Source of the DNA: Candidatus Brocadiia bacterium
GTDB taxonomy: Bacteria; Planctomycetota; Brocadiia; CAIUPP01
NCBI GenBank assembly: GCA_050015075.1
Contig: JBEKCB010000014.1
Span: 39,242-103,241 of the forward strand
DNA: 64,000 bases
Reading direction: 5' to 3'
Below are positions 11,623 through 22,460 of this stretch, piece after piece. The notes under the pieces are model-generated. The model was not told the origin of the DNA and did no database searches. It saw only the letters and a list, made by a program, of their open reading frames with translations. A program made the position numbers and the translations under genes. Positions within the stretch are counted from its first letter, which is position 1, and the number at the start of each line of letters is the position of its first letter.

Positions 11623-12537
11623 TCAGAAGTACCCCTCTCGCTTCTTCTGCTCCATGGAGGCGTCCATGTCGTGGTCAATGAGGCGGGTGATCCGCTCGGA
11701 GTGCCGGGCGGTCTGGAGTTCGTGGATGATCTCGGGCACGGTCTTTGCGGTGGAGGGCACCGCGCCGGTGCAGGGATAGCAGCCGAGGGTGCGGAAGCGG
11801 CACATCACCTTCTGCGGCTTTTCGCCGGGGTTCAGGCGCGTGGCCTCGCCGACGGGGATGAGCTGTTCCTCGCGCACGACCATCTCGCGCTCCGCCGCGA
11901 AGTACATCGGCACGACGGGGATCTGCTCGAGGTGGATGTAGAGCCAGACGTCGATCTCGGTCCAGTTCGAGATGGGGAAGACGCGGATGCTCTCGCCCTT
12001 GTTGATGCGCCCGTTGAACAGGTTCCACAGTTCGGGCCGCTGGTTCTTGGGGTCCCATTGGCCGTAGGCGTCGCGGAAAGAGTAGACGCGCTCCTTGGCG
12101 CGGGAGCGTTCCTCGTCGCGCCGCGCCCCACCGAAGGCGGCGTCGTGCCGGCCTTGCCGGAGCGCCTCGAGCAGCGCCTGCGTCTTCAACTGCGCGCAGC
12201 ACTTGATCGTGCCCCAGTCCCAGGGATTGGCGCCCTGCCGGACGGCCTGTTCGTATTTGAACACGTGCAGGTCCGCGCCGATCTCCCGGCAGAACCGGTC
12301 GCGGAACTCGTACATCTCCGGGAACTTCAGCCCGGTATCCACGTGGAGGAGCGGGAACGGAATGCGGCCGGGATAGAAGGCCTTCTGCGCCAGGCGGACC
12401 ATCACCGAGGAGTCCTTCCCCACGGAATAGAGCAGCACCGGGCGTTCGAACTCCGCCGCGACCTCGCGGAAGATGTGGATGCTCTCCGCCTCCAGCGTGC
12501 GCAGATAGCTCAGCGAATATTTCTCGTCGCGCGGCAC
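11623..12537 (-). CDS. cysD: Sulfate adenylyltransferase subunit 2
   Basis: [48 protein letters not shown]. Confidence 0.97.
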   Translation of the reverse strand: MPRDEKYSLSYLRTLEAESIHIFREVAAEFERPVLLYSVGKDSSVMVRLAQKAFYPGRIPFPLLHVDTGLKFPEMYEFRDRFCREIGADLHVFKYEQAVRQGANPWDWGTIKCCAQLKTQALLEALRQGRHDAAFGGARRDEERSRAKERVYSFRDAYGQWDPKNQRPELWNLFNGRINKGESIRVFPISNWTEIDVWLYIHLEQIPVVPMYFAAEREMVVREEQLIPVGEATRLNPGEKPQKVMCRFRTLGCYPCTGAVPSTAKTVPEIIHELQTARHSERITRLIDHDMDASMEQKKREGYF

Positions 12538-12671
12538 GGCATCATCTCCAGCGAAAATCGTTTCAGGTATGATATCATAACTCCAAACTGAATAGAAAGT
12601 AAGGCGCCATACTATATGATAGCGGCCGTCGGACCGTATAATAATCTCACGTCATCATAAAGGAGGAACGG

Positions 12672-13475
12672 ATGAAGCTGGCCTTGTCTGGACGGCTGTT
12701 CGAAACCCCGGCCGGTTACACGCTGGACCTGGACGCATTCCTGAAGTTCGCCCGATCCTGCGGGTATGACGGTGTGGAGATTCGATACCCGCAATTGCCG
12801 CTGGAAACTCCCTCGGCCAAACTGGACGAAACCGCCGCGCTGCTGAAGACGCTGGGGCTGGCATGGAGCTTCGGCGCCGTCGAGGGGATCGTGGGCGAGC
12901 CGGCCTTCGAACGCGCCGTGCGCATGCTGGACGTGCATCGGCGGTGCGGCTGCCGGTTCACGCGCTTCGCCGTTTCGCGGACCGATGACATCGCCTGGGC
13001 GCAACGGTTCGCCGACGAGGCGGCGCGCCGAGGGCTGCGCCTCATTACGCAGCTTCACAACGGCACGCTGACGGACAACGTGCCGCACACCCTCGAGACG
13101 CTGGAACGCATCGGCCGTCCGAACGTCGGCCTGGCCTATGAAGCCAACCACCTGCGCTTCGACGGGAATGAGCGATATGCCGAGGCCATCCGGCCGCTGC
13201 GCGACTGCATCTTCTCCGTTTCGATTCAGAACTTCAGGCCCGCCGCCGACGCGGACCCCGCGGCAATGCGCGTGCAGGTGAACGGACGAGACTATCTCCG
13301 CGCCCTGCCGGGCGATCCGGAGGGCCTTGACTTTCCGAAGATATTCCGCGTCCTGCGCGAAGTCGGCTTCGACGGCTTCGCCACGGTCATGGCCGACGTG
13401 GCGCCGGGCATGGACCCGCGCGAGGTGGCCCGGCGCTATCAGGACGCGTGTCGCCGTTTCATGCAGGCCGCGTAA
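12672..13475 (+). CDS. Sugar phosphate isomerase/epimerase family TIM-barrel protein
   Basis: GYDGVEIR, QLHNG, GLDFPKIF..L...GFDG; AGGAGG RBS upstream. Confidence 0.75.
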   Translation: MKLALSGRLFETPAGYTLDLDAFLKFARSCGYDGVEIRYPQLPLETPSAKLDETAALLKTLGLAWSFGAVEGIVGEPAFERAVRMLDVHRRCGCRFTRFAVSRTDDIAWAQRFADEAARRGLRLITQLHNGTLTDNVPHTLETLERIGRPNVGLAYEANHLRFDGNERYAEAIRPLRDCIFSVSIQNFRPAADADPAAMRVQVNGRDYLRALPGDPEGLDFPKIFRVLREVGFDGFATVMADVAPGMDPREVARRYQDACRRFMQAA

Positions 13476-13487
13476 CTGAAAAAGTGC

Positions 13488-13516
13488 TTGACGGCGGCGG
13501 CTCGACCGTATAACTT
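13488..13516 (+). promoter_or_regulatory. Putative sigma70 promoter upstream of the GH50-like gene
   Basis: TTGACG-17 nt-TAACTT. Confidence 0.4.
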
Positions 13517-13652
13517 CACGCTTGACAGCCGACTGCGCTTCGGAGCACATTAGCCGCGCCAACGGCTGCGCGGCTGGTGCATTAATGGAAAATGCGCGAC
13601 GGGCGCGCATTTTCTTAGGAGGACGGCCCAATGGAAAATTCCCGGTGAAACC

Positions 13653-15758
13653 ATGCGACCGATGAAATGGCGCTCCCTGTGCCCCAGCATGATCTATCTG
13701 CCTTGCCTGGCCATGGCGGCCACGGCTTCCGCCGGCGACACGGCGCCTTTCGACTTCGCCATCAATTTCGACCCGGCAAAAGTATCCACGACCGACGCGA
13801 CCGTGGCCCCGGCCGAACTCGGCGCGGCGCCGGCCCTGCGCGTGGCCACCGGCCACCGGCAGCCCTGGCCGGGCATCGCTCTGCCGGCGCCGGGCGGACA
13901 CTGGGACCTTTCGCCGTTCGGCCAAGTCGCGCTCGAAGTCAGGAACGCGGGCGCCGCCCCTGTCACGGTCCATTGCCGTGTGGATAACCCGGGCGCCGAC
14001 GGCACGAGCCATTGCGTCACCGGTTCGCTGACGCTCAGCCCCGGCCAGACCGGCACATTGAAGGTGCCGCTGCCGCGCGCGGCGGACGATACGCTCGGCG
14101 GAAAACTCTTCGGCATGAGAGGCTATCCGGTCGCGGCCGGCGGCAAGGGCACGATTGACCCGAAGAACATCACGCAACTGCTGATCTTCGTGGCCAAGCC
14201 GGAGGCAGACCACCTGTTCGAGGTCGCCGACATCCGCGCCACCGGCGCCTACACGCCGCCGACCGCGTGGGTGACGGACGCCGATCCGTTTTTCCCGTTC
14301 ATAGACACGTTCGGCCAGTACCTGCACAAGGACTGGCCCGGCAAGACGCACTCGCTCGCCGAACTCGCGGCCCGGCGCGCGCAGGAGGCGAAGGAACTCG
14401 CCGCGCAGCCCGGCCCGAAGGACTGGGACCGGTACGGCGGGTCGCTGACCGGCCCGCAACTCAAGGCCACCGGTTTCTTCCGCACCGAGAAGGTCGGCGG
14501 CAAGTGGTGGCTCGTGGACCCGGACGGCCGCCTGTTCTTCTCGCACGGCATTGACTGCGTGCGCCCGCTGGACGCCACGGCGATTGAGGAACGCGAGAAC
14601 TGGTTCGCGGACTTCCCCGGCAAGCAGCCGGAGTTCGCGCAGTTCCTCTCGCACGGCAGCGCGCTCATGGGCCATTATCAGGGGCGCTCGCCGCAGACTT
14701 TCTCTTTCGCCTGCGCGAACCTCCTGCGCAAATACGGCCCGGATTGGCGCGAGGTCAATTCCCGGATCGCTCACCAGCGGCTGCGGAGCTGGGGCCTCAA
14801 CACCATCGCCAACTGGTCGGACGAGCGCACGTTCCTGATGCGCCTCACGCCCTACACCGATTCCATCGGCAGCCGCGGGTCGAAGATGATTGAAGGCAGC
14901 GAGGGTTACTGGAGCAAGTTCCCGGACGTGTTCGACGCGAGCTTCGCCGCCGTGCTGCGGCGCGATATGGAAGGCAAGCGCGGCAAGAGCGCCGGCGACG
15001 CGTGGTGCATCGGCTATTTCTCGGACAATGAAATGTCGTGGGGCGACGATGTCTCGCTCGCGGTCGCCGCGCTGAAATCGCCGCCGGAGCAGGCGGCGAA
15101 GAAGGCCTTCATCGCCGACCTCCAGGCGAAATACGGAGACATCGCAAAGTTGAACCAGGCCTGGGACGCGGCGCACGCCTCCTGGGACGCGCTGCTCGAA
15201 AGCCGCGACGCCCCGGACCTGCGGAAAGCGAAGGAGGACCTCGCCGCCTTCTACTCGAAGGCCGCGGAGCAGTATTTCCGCACCGTGCGCGACACCGTCA
15301 AAGCGGTCGCGCCGAACCAGCTTTACCTGGGCTGCCGGTTCGCGTGGGTGAACGACCGCGCCGCCGCGGCCGCCGCGAAGCACTGCGACGTGGTCAGCTA
15401 CAACCTCTACCGCCGCAGCGTGGCCGATTTCCAGTTCAACGGCGGCGCCGACGTGCCGCTGATCATCGGCGAGTTCCACTTCGGCGCGCTCGACCGCGGG
15501 ATGTTCCACACCGGCCTCGTGCCGGTGACGGATCAGGCGGCGCGGGCGAAGGCCTACAAGGATTACGTCCTGGGCGCGGTCGCCCACCCGCAGTTCGTCG
15601 GCTGCCACTGGTTCCAGTACCAGGACGAGCCGGTCACCGGCCGCGTGTTCGACGAGGAGAACTACCAGATCGGGTTCGTGGACGAGTGCGACACGCCGTA
15701 TCGCGAAACCATCGAGGCCAGCCGCGCAGCAGGCGCGGCGCTTTATCTGACGCCGTGA
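13653..15758 (+). CDS. GH50 beta-agarase-like glycoside hydrolase
   Basis: Signal peptide; D.FGQY...DWPGK, WWLVDPDG..FFSHG, WGLNTIANWS, DNEMSWG, IIGEFHFGALDRG, HWFQY.DEP..GR..ENYQIG. Confidence 0.85.
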   Translation: MRPMKWRSLCPSMIYLPCLAMAATASAGDTAPFDFAINFDPAKVSTTDATVAPAELGAAPALRVATGHRQPWPGIALPAPGGHWDLSPFGQVALEVRNAGAAPVTVHCRVDNPGADGTSHCVTGSLTLSPGQTGTLKVPLPRAADDTLGGKLFGMRGYPVAAGGKGTIDPKNITQLLIFVAKPEADHLFEVADIRATGAYTPPTAWVTDADPFFPFIDTFGQYLHKDWPGKTHSLAELAARRAQEAKELAAQPGPKDWDRYGGSLTGPQLKATGFFRTEKVGGKWWLVDPDGRLFFSHGIDCVRPLDATAIEERENWFADFPGKQPEFAQFLSHGSALMGHYQGRSPQTFSFACANLLRKYGPDWREVNSRIAHQRLRSWGLNTIANWSDERTFLMRLTPYTDSIGSRGSKMIEGSEGYWSKFPDVFDASFAAVLRRDMEGKRGKSAGDAWCIGYFSDNEMSWGDDVSLAVAALKSPPEQAAKKAFIADLQAKYGDIAKLNQAWDAAHASWDALLESRDAPDLRKAKEDLAAFYSKAAEQYFRTVRDTVKAVAPNQLYLGCRFAWVNDRAAAAAAKHCDVVSYNLYRRSVADFQFNGGADVPLIIGEFHFGALDRGMFHTGLVPVTDQAARAKAYKDYVLGAVAHPQFVGCHWFQYQDEPVTGRVFDEENYQIGFVDECDTPYRETIEASRAAGAALYLTP

Positions 15759-15842
15759 GATTTGACAACCGGACGCGCAGTGGAATAGCATGGATTGTGC
15801 GGACATTCCGGTTTCTTCCCGCCCCGTTCCAGGCTGAAGCTC

Positions 15843-17102
15843 ATGCCGCAGAATAACGTCGCTCCGGCTTTCAACTCCGAACTTGCCGCGTCGCTGCGCG
15901 CGGAGATGGACCGCTGCGCCAAGTGCGGCCAGTGCCGCTCCATCTGCCCCGTGTTCATCGAGACCGGCGACGAGGCCGGCGTCGCGCGCGGCCGGATCAG
16001 CCTGGCCGAGGCGCTGCTCGACGGCCGCATCGGCTACACGCAGCGCTTGCAGGAGAGTTTCACGAAATGCCTGGACTGCCTGCGCTGCGACGCGGATTGC
16101 CCGAGCGGCGTCGCGCATGAACTGATCCTTCAGGCCGTGCGCCAGGGAATGGCCAGGGATATCGGCGCGCCGCGGCTGGCGCGCTTCGCGCTTCGGCACC
16201 TGCTGCCGCGGCCGCGGCTTTTCGAGGCGGCGCTCCGCCTCGGCGCAAAAATCCAGGGGCTTCTGCCCGCGACGCAACGCCCGCCGGTACGGCACCTGCC
16301 GCTCTTCCTGGCGCGCGGGGCGAGGCTCCCGCGGCTCGCGCCGAAAACCGCGCGGAGGCAGTTCCGGGAAATGCCCGCGCGGAAGGCGCCTTCGAAACCG
16401 TCCAAGGGGCGCGTCGCCATCTTCACCGGCTGCCTCATCAACGCGGCCTACCCGGAAGTCGCGGCCGACCTCGCCGCCGTGCTCGAGCGGATCGGATACG
16501 AGCCGGTCCTGCCGCAGGGCCAGACCTGCTGCAGCGCGCCGCTGCTGAATTTCGGCGAGGTCGCCGCCGCGCGCCGCGTGGCCGAAGTCAACCGCCGCGC
16601 GCTGGCCGAAAGCGGCGCGGAAATCGTCCTCACGCCCTGCGCCGCCTGCGGCCACACGTTGAAGTCCACATACCCGAGGCTGCTCTCGACGGATTGGACC
16701 GGCGGAAAGTTCCGCGTGCTGGACGCCGTGGAGTTCCTCGCCGGCGCGGAGCTCGGGCCGCTGACGCCGCTGGCGCAGAAGGTAGCGTATCACGATCCAT
16801 GCCAACTGCGGTGGGGACAACAGATCGCACAGCAGCCGCGCGACCTGCTGCGCCGATGCGCGAGCTACGTCGAGATGCCCGGCGCGGAGCGCTGCTGCGG
16901 AGGCGGCGGCGCGTTCAGCCTGTTCCATCCCGACATCGCCGCGAAAATTGCCGCGCGCAAAGTCCGCTCCATCCGCGAAAGCGGCGCCGAGGTCGTCGCG
17001 ACGGCCTGCCCCGGCTGCATGCTCCTGCTGGCGCAGCACCTGCCCGCGCCGCCCGTTCACGTAGTCCAGGTCCTGCGCCGCGCAATGGATGATCGTAAGT
17101 AA
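15843..17102 (+). CDS. (Fe-S)-binding protein, GlcF-like (two 4Fe-4S motifs, two CCG domains)
   Basis: CAKCGQCRSICP, CLDCLRCDADCP, YHDPC, CCGGGG, ACPGC. Confidence 0.85.
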   Translation: MPQNNVAPAFNSELAASLRAEMDRCAKCGQCRSICPVFIETGDEAGVARGRISLAEALLDGRIGYTQRLQESFTKCLDCLRCDADCPSGVAHELILQAVRQGMARDIGAPRLARFALRHLLPRPRLFEAALRLGAKIQGLLPATQRPPVRHLPLFLARGARLPRLAPKTARRQFREMPARKAPSKPSKGRVAIFTGCLINAAYPEVAADLAAVLERIGYEPVLPQGQTCCSAPLLNFGEVAAARRVAEVNRRALAESGAEIVLTPCAACGHTLKSTYPRLLSTDWTGGKFRVLDAVEFLAGAELGPLTPLAQKVAYHDPCQLRWGQQIAQQPRDLLRRCASYVEMPGAERCCGGGGAFSLFHPDIAAKIAARKVRSIRESGAEVVATACPGCMLLLAQHLPAPPVHVVQVLRRAMDDRK

Positions 17103-17268
17103 TTGGCATAATTATACTTAGGATTAGCTGACCGGCTTGCTGCATAAGATATGTCAGCACAAGGGCTTACTACACGCTGGGTTCGTTTTTTCAAATCGCC
17201 TTCTGAGCTTTATGTTCTTATCCACCGGCGCGTTGCGACTTCTCACGCGGCTTTACACCGCGAATCGA

Positions 17269-17297
17269 ACTATACCATATTTTTTCTGACTTGTCAA
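17269..17297 (-). promoter_or_regulatory. Near-consensus sigma70 promoter with no downstream gene
   Basis: Minus strand TTGACA-17 nt-TATAGT with an extended TG. Confidence 0.6.
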
Positions 17298-17329
17298 GCG
17301 GCCGCCCTCTTTTTCCGGCGCGGGAATTC

Positions 17330-17358
17330 TTGACGCGCCCGCAGCGGGGCCGTACGAT
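17330..17358 (+). promoter_or_regulatory. sigma70 promoter for rluD, likely leaderless
   Basis: TTGACG-17 nt-TACGAT; ATG 7 nt downstream, no SD sequence. Confidence 0.55.
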
Positions 17359-17364
17359 TGCGGC

Positions 17365-18375
17365 ATGAGCGAGCCATCCGAGTTGATCGTCGAGGAGCTG
17401 ACGGCAGGACCGGAGCACGAGCGGCTCCGGCTCGACAAGTTCCTCAGCCTGGCGTTTCAGGATTACTCGCGCTCGTTCCTCCAGCGCGCCATCCGCGAGG
17501 GCCGCGTCACGGTGGGCGGGCGGACGGTCAAGCCGAGTTGCCTGGTGAAGGCTGGCGACGCGATCCGAGTCGCCATTCCCGTCCTCGTCGAAGACCACCT
17601 CGAACCGGAGCCCATCCCACTGGCGATCCTCTACGAGGACGAGCATTTCCTGGCGGTGAACAAGCCGCCGGACCTCGTCGTCCATCCGTCGCGCGGGCAC
17701 GCGCGCGGGACGCTGGCCAACGCCCTGCTCTACCATTGCCGGGAGCATGTGTCGAACCTGAACGGCCCGCTGCGGCCGGGGATCGTGCACCGGCTCGACC
17801 GCGACACCTCCGGCGTGATCCTCTGCGCGAAGACCAACGCCGCTCACGCCGCGCTCGCGGCGCAGTTCAAGGACCGGCTCGTGCGGAAGGAGTACGTGGC
17901 GGTGGTACGGGGCGCGATGGAGCACGACAGCGGCGAGATTTCCTTCCCCATCGGCCGCGACCCGCGCCTGCGCGAGAGGATGCGCGTGCGCCTCGACGCA
18001 GGCGCGACCGGCGCGCGGCCGGCGGTCTCGCGGTTCTTCGTCGAGGAGCGGTTCGAGCGCTTCACGCTGGTGCGCGTCGAGCCGCTGACCGGGCGCACGC
18101 ACCAGATCCGCGTCCACCTGAGCGCCGTCCGCCATCCGGTGGTCGCCGACGCGCTCTACGGCGGCGGCGAAGCGCTGTACCCTTCGGAGATTCTGCGAAA
18201 GGGAAGGCCCGCAGAGGGAACCACCGAAACGCCGCTGATCGCGCGGCAGGCGCTCCACGCGCGCTCGATCCGCTTCAGCCACCCGGCCACCGGCGCGGCG
18301 ATGACCTTGACGGCCGAGCCGCCGGAGGACATCCTGGCGCTGATCGCCGCGCTCAAATCCGCGCGCTCCGGTTGA
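17365..18375 (+). CDS. rluD: RluA/RluD family 23S rRNA pseudouridine synthase
   Basis: S4 domain RLDKFL, VNKPPDLVVHP, GIVHRLDRDTSG, TGRTHQIRVH, RQALHA. Confidence 0.92.
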   Translation: MSEPSELIVEELTAGPEHERLRLDKFLSLAFQDYSRSFLQRAIREGRVTVGGRTVKPSCLVKAGDAIRVAIPVLVEDHLEPEPIPLAILYEDEHFLAVNKPPDLVVHPSRGHARGTLANALLYHCREHVSNLNGPLRPGIVHRLDRDTSGVILCAKTNAAHAALAAQFKDRLVRKEYVAVVRGAMEHDSGEISFPIGRDPRLRERMRVRLDAGATGARPAVSRFFVEERFERFTLVRVEPLTGRTHQIRVHLSAVRHPVVADALYGGGEALYPSEILRKGRPAEGTTETPLIARQALHARSIRFSHPATGAAMTLTAEPPEDILALIAALKSARSG

Positions 18376-18406
18376 TCAAGCATCGCCGCGATCCACTGTC
18401 CGACGC

Positions 18407-20254
18407 TCATTTAACGTCGCCGCTCACCTCGCCACGCCGCAGCAGGAGCATGCCGAACTGCCGCGTTCGCTGCAGCGGTATCTTTCCAATCTGTCCAACC
18501 GGCCGGTAGTGGCTCATAATCCATCGGTAAAGCTCCTCGCCGTAGTCCTTGCCGAAGAATTGCTTGCCGTACTCCGTCGTGTCGCGGTGGACGAGCAAAA
18601 TGAAATCGGGCGGATGGCGCTTGTAGGACTCCGTCATCTGTTCATCGCCGAAGGCTTCCAGCTCCACGCCCAGGTAGGTCGTGTAAGGCGCAGGGTTGGG
18701 TCGGCGCGCGAGGTAGTTCATGAGGACGCCTTCGGGCAGCACGGCCAGCGTCTGCGAGCGCCCCGCATTCTCCTCAATCATCTTCAGGGCGAGGCTGACG
18801 GGTTCCCCTTCGTTCGGCAGAGTACGGAACGCATCGGCGCCCGCGCCGACCTCGTTTGTGCAGTGCGAAAGGACATCGCGGGTGAAGCTGACGTGCCAAC
18901 AGGCGGCGGTCGCAATCAGCGTCAGGGCCAGCGGGCGAAACCCGCTTCCGAAGCCGCCCATGCGGTCCAACGCCCGGGGCGCCCAGTCCAGCAGGGCCAC
19001 GACCATGACGAGGCCTGCGGGCAATGCGAGCACGAAACCGTACTGATTTATTCGGCTGTCGAGAAGTATCCTGGACAGCAGCGCCAGGGCAAAGACTGCG
19101 GTCATTGCGGCCAGGGCCGCCTGCGCGCCGCGGTCAGGAGAGCGGCGGCTTCTGATAAACCCCACGAGGGCGGCCGCCGCAAGGATGACCATGAACAGCG
19201 GCCAGGGGCGCGCGGTCCAGTACCAGAAGACCTGGTTGTATTTCCACAGCATCAAGATTGCCGCAGCAACGAACAGAACCGCGGCGAGTACCCAGCGGTA
19301 CCGGCCGGCTCGCCGGCAGGCCAGCATCAGCATCGCGCCGGGGATGAGCATCTCCGCGTACCCGGCTGCCGATCGCAGCATGATGACCAGGTTGCCGGCT
19401 GCATCGTTCGTGCCCATGACCAGCCTGTAGAACGGCAGGCTGGTGATCCGGGAGTTGAAGACGTACCACCAGGATCCGAGCATTCCGCGAAGGGCTTCGT
19501 GCGGCGGCATGGCCAGGCAGAGGAGCGCCCACGCGGCGAGCGCCGGCAGCGCCGCGCACCCGGCGATAGTTCCCGCCGTCCGCGCCAGCCGCCCCGCGGT
19601 GAACCCATGCGCCCAGGCAGCGAGGAGAAGTCCTGTCGCCACAGCCAGAGCCGCGCCCGCAAACATCTCGGTCTTGGTCAGGAACGCCAGGCCGAGAGCC
19701 AGCCCCGCCGCCGACGCCCACGCCGGCGACGGCCGCCGGTGATAACGCGCCATGAAGTAGATCGCCGCCACGCCCAGGATCAGGCCGTGCGTCGCCGAAT
19801 GCGTATAGGGGCAGACGAAGTTATAATCGGCTATGCGCTCATACCGGCCGAAGGCGAACACCAGCAATGCGACCAGGCATCCGACCGTCGCTCCAAGCCG
19901 GCTGCCCATGCGCCTCAAAATGCTGTAAAGCAGCGCCAGCAGAACGCCCAGCAGCGCCAGGTTGGTCAGCACCAGCGCCAGCAGACTCACGCCGAACAGG
20001 CGGAACATCAGGGCGTTGAAATAGGGCGACAGCGGACCGAAGATCGAGGCGAGGTCGCGGTACAGCACCTTGCCGGCGGCGATCTGCCAGGGGAAGTACA
20101 ACTCCCGCCCGAAGTCTATCAGCGGGTCCGGCCACGTGCCCCAAGTCCACCAGGTCATCACGGCCATGGTCGCCGCGATCAGCGCCGGGCCGGCCCAAAC
20201 CGAGATTTTCTGCAGTCGCACCGCGCCGATCTTCGGGGCTTCGAATTTCATCAT
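18407..20254 (-). CDS. Polytopic membrane protein, GT-C/ArnT-like glycosyltransferase
   Basis: Many TM segments; DFGRELY, LYRD...FGPL, LAFLTK motifs. Confidence 0.6.
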   Translation of the reverse strand: MMKFEAPKIGAVRLQKISVWAGPALIAATMAVMTWWTWGTWPDPLIDFGRELYFPWQIAAGKVLYRDLASIFGPLSPYFNALMFRLFGVSLLALVLTNLALLGVLLALLYSILRRMGSRLGATVGCLVALLVFAFGRYERIADYNFVCPYTHSATHGLILGVAAIYFMARYHRRPSPAWASAAGLALGLAFLTKTEMFAGAALAVATGLLLAAWAHGFTAGRLARTAGTIAGCAALPALAAWALLCLAMPPHEALRGMLGSWWYVFNSRITSLPFYRLVMGTNDAAGNLVIMLRSAAGYAEMLIPGAMLMLACRRAGRYRWVLAAVLFVAAAILMLWKYNQVFWYWTARPWPLFMVILAAAALVGFIRSRRSPDRGAQAALAAMTAVFALALLSRILLDSRINQYGFVLALPAGLVMVVALLDWAPRALDRMGGFGSGFRPLALTLIATAACWHVSFTRDVLSHCTNEVGAGADAFRTLPNEGEPVSLALKMIEENAGRSQTLAVLPEGVLMNYLARRPNPAPYTTYLGVELEAFGDEQMTESYKRHPPDFILLVHRDTTEYGKQFFGKDYGEELYRWIMSHYRPVGQIGKIPLQRTRQFGMLLLRRGEVSGDVK

Positions 20255-20317
20255 TTTCAGCCCGCGCCGGCCCTCGCCAGCGCCTCCGGTGCAGGAGAAC
20301 CCGGCCGGCGCGGCCGG

Positions 20318-21376
20318 TTACCGGATGCGCACCGGCTTGCCGGTCTCGGCCGAGGCGATGCAGGCATCCTGGTACGCGCGGGCGCGGACGCCGTCCTCGA
20401 ACGTCGGCGCCTCAGGCGTGCCGGAGCGGATGGAGCGGATGAAACGCGTGAACACCGTGGTCTCCGGCACCTTCGCCGGCAGCTCGTTCCAGAGCAGGTT
20501 GCGCGCGTGGAATTTCTCCAGGCAGACCTGAAGCTTGTTGCCGCCGGAGTCGGTGTCCAGCACCAGGCCGCCGCGGTCGCCGAAGACGCGCAGGCGCAGG
20601 CAGTTCGCGTGGCCGGTGGCCCAGCGCGTGGCGTGGATGACGCCCAGGGCGCCGGAGGTGAACTCGGCGGTGGTGAAGAAGCTGTCGTCCGCGTCGAGCT
20701 TATAGCCTTTCCACGTGTCCCGCGGCACGCCCTTGGGGAAGCTCTTCATCGAGCAGTGCAGCGACGCGATGTCGCCGACGACGTACGTGGTGAAGTCCAG
20801 GATGTGGCAGCCGATGTCCGCGAGCGTGCCGCCGCTGTGGCTGCGGCTCATCCGCCAGAGCCACGCGGACGAGTTATGCCAGTCGCCCCAGATGTCGTTG
20901 GCGAGCCAGCATTGCAGGTAGCTGGCCTCGACGTGCCGGACCTTGCCCAGTTCCCCGTCCACCACCAGTTGCCGGGCGCGCTCGAGCGCCGGAAGGGAAC
21001 GGTACGAGAAGTTGATCATGTGGATTTTCCCCGAGGCGCGCGCGGCGCGGAGCATGCGCGCGGCTTCGGCGGACGAGGTCGCAATCGGCTTCTCGCACAG
21101 GACGTGCAGCCCTTTCCGGAACGCGGCCAGGGAGACCTCGCAGTGCGCGGCGTCGCTGGTGACCACCGAGACGGCGTCGAGCGATTCCTTCGCGAGCAGT
21201 TCGCGGTAGTCCGAGTACACCGCCGGGACCGCGTGCTTGGCCGCGAACGCCTCCGCGGTCTTCGGGACCACGTCGCAGCAGGCGACGATGTGCACGTCCG
21301 ATTCCTTCTTGAAAGACATCGCATGGTGGTTGGCCATTCCGCCGGTGCCGATGATCGCCACGCGGATCGCGTCCAT
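20318..21376 (-). CDS. Gfo/Idh/MocA family oxidoreductase
   Basis: VAIIGTGGMA, HVLCEKP, WLWR...SGG.LADIGCH. Confidence 0.9.
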   Translation of the reverse strand: MDAIRVAIIGTGGMANHHAMSFKKESDVHIVACCDVVPKTAEAFAAKHAVPAVYSDYRELLAKESLDAVSVVTSDAAHCEVSLAAFRKGLHVLCEKPIATSSAEAARMLRAARASGKIHMINFSYRSLPALERARQLVVDGELGKVRHVEASYLQCWLANDIWGDWHNSSAWLWRMSRSHSGGTLADIGCHILDFTTYVVGDIASLHCSMKSFPKGVPRDTWKGYKLDADDSFFTTAEFTSGALGVIHATRWATGHANCLRLRVFGDRGGLVLDTDSGGNKLQVCLEKFHARNLLWNELPAKVPETTVFTRFIRSIRSGTPEAPTFEDGVRARAYQDACIASAETGKPVRIR

Positions 21377-21455
21377 ACTCTCTATCTCCCTTCAGTCGTT
21401 TTGATGAACTGCCCAGCCTATCGTCCCGTAAGCAACACGCATAATTCGAGCCCCT

Positions 21456-21541
21456 GTCATGCTGAGCGCAGCGAAGCATCTCACGCCCTGAACGGTTGCC
21501 GGCGCGGTGCGTACGAGATTCCTCGCTCCGCTCGGAATGAC
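21456..21541. repeat. REP-like inverted palindromic pair
   Basis: GTCATGCTGAGCGCAGCGAAGCATCTC ... GAGATTCCTCGCTCCGCTCGGAATGAC, inverted arms, intergenic. Confidence 0.7.
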
Positions 21542-21591
21542 CAGAGCGTACGCAACTTATTCTCGAGCGCCTTGCCGGCGGATGCACGCCC

Positions 21592-22326
21592 TCAGAATTT
21601 CTCCAGCGGCGTCACGGCCTGGCCGAACCGGGTCGGCGGGCAATCGCCCGGCGCGGCCCATCGGCAGGCGTTGGCGATCACGCGCTGCACTTCCGGCTGA
21701 GAATAGATCGGGAACGTCTCGTGGCCGGGGCGGAAATAGAAGATCCGCCCGATGCCGCGGTTGAAGCAGCAGCCGCTGCGGAAGACGTCGCCGCCCTGGA
21801 ACCAGCTCACGAACACGAGCGCGTCGGGCGCGGGGATGTCGAACCGCTCGCCGTACATCTCCGTGTGCGGGATCTCGAAATGCGGCGGCAGGCCGGCGGC
21901 GATCGGATGGTTCGGCTCGACGACCCAGATGCGCTCCTTCTCGCCCATCTCGCGCCAGCGCAGGTCGCAGGTCGTGCCCATCAGCTTCCTGAAAATCTTG
22001 CTGAAGTGCCCGGAGTGCAGCACGATGAGCCCCATGCCGCCGAGGACGACGCGCTGGTGGACGCGCTCGACGACCTCGTCCCTTACCTCGCCGTGCGCCG
22101 CGTGGCCCCACCAGATCAGCACGTCGGTCGTCTCCAGCGCGTCCTTCGTCAGCCCGTGCTCCGGCTCATCGAGCGTCGCCGTGCGCGCCTCGAAGTCCGG
22201 CGAGGCGGACAGCGCCTTCGCGATGACGGCGTGCATGCCGTGCGGATAGACCTCGCGCGCCGGGTGCTTTGCCTCGCGCTCGTGGCGGAACTCGTTCCAG
22301 ACCGTGACGCGGATTTTGCGATTCAT
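21592..22326 (-). CDS. thuA: ThuA domain (trehalose utilization) protein
   Basis: [43 protein letters not shown]. Confidence 0.9.
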   Translation of the reverse strand: MNRKIRVTVWNEFRHEREAKHPAREVYPHGMHAVIAKALSASPDFEARTATLDEPEHGLTKDALETTDVLIWWGHAAHGEVRDEVVERVHQRVVLGGMGLIVLHSGHFSKIFRKLMGTTCDLRWREMGEKERIWVVEPNHPIAAGLPPHFEIPHTEMYGERFDIPAPDALVFVSWFQGGDVFRSGCCFNRGIGRIFYFRPGHETFPIYSQPEVQRVIANACRWAAPGDCPPTRFGQAVTPLEKF

Positions 22327-22460
22327 GGCGATTCTCCTTGTCTAAAACGAGGCGATATTACGCACTTTGCACTGCGCCTGTCAACCGAACTTGCGCGCAG
22401 GCCGCGCCTCCGATAGAATCTGTGGGTTGCGCGGCGCGGCGGTTCCCGGAGGCAAGGGCC

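Noticed and set aside
12612-17060. 1482-aa minus-strand ORF, and similar long ORFs at 9651-11681, 18509-21700, 5083-7305 and 52459-54777
   Set aside because: Antisense shadows of well-supported genes in high-GC DNA; no recognisable motifs.
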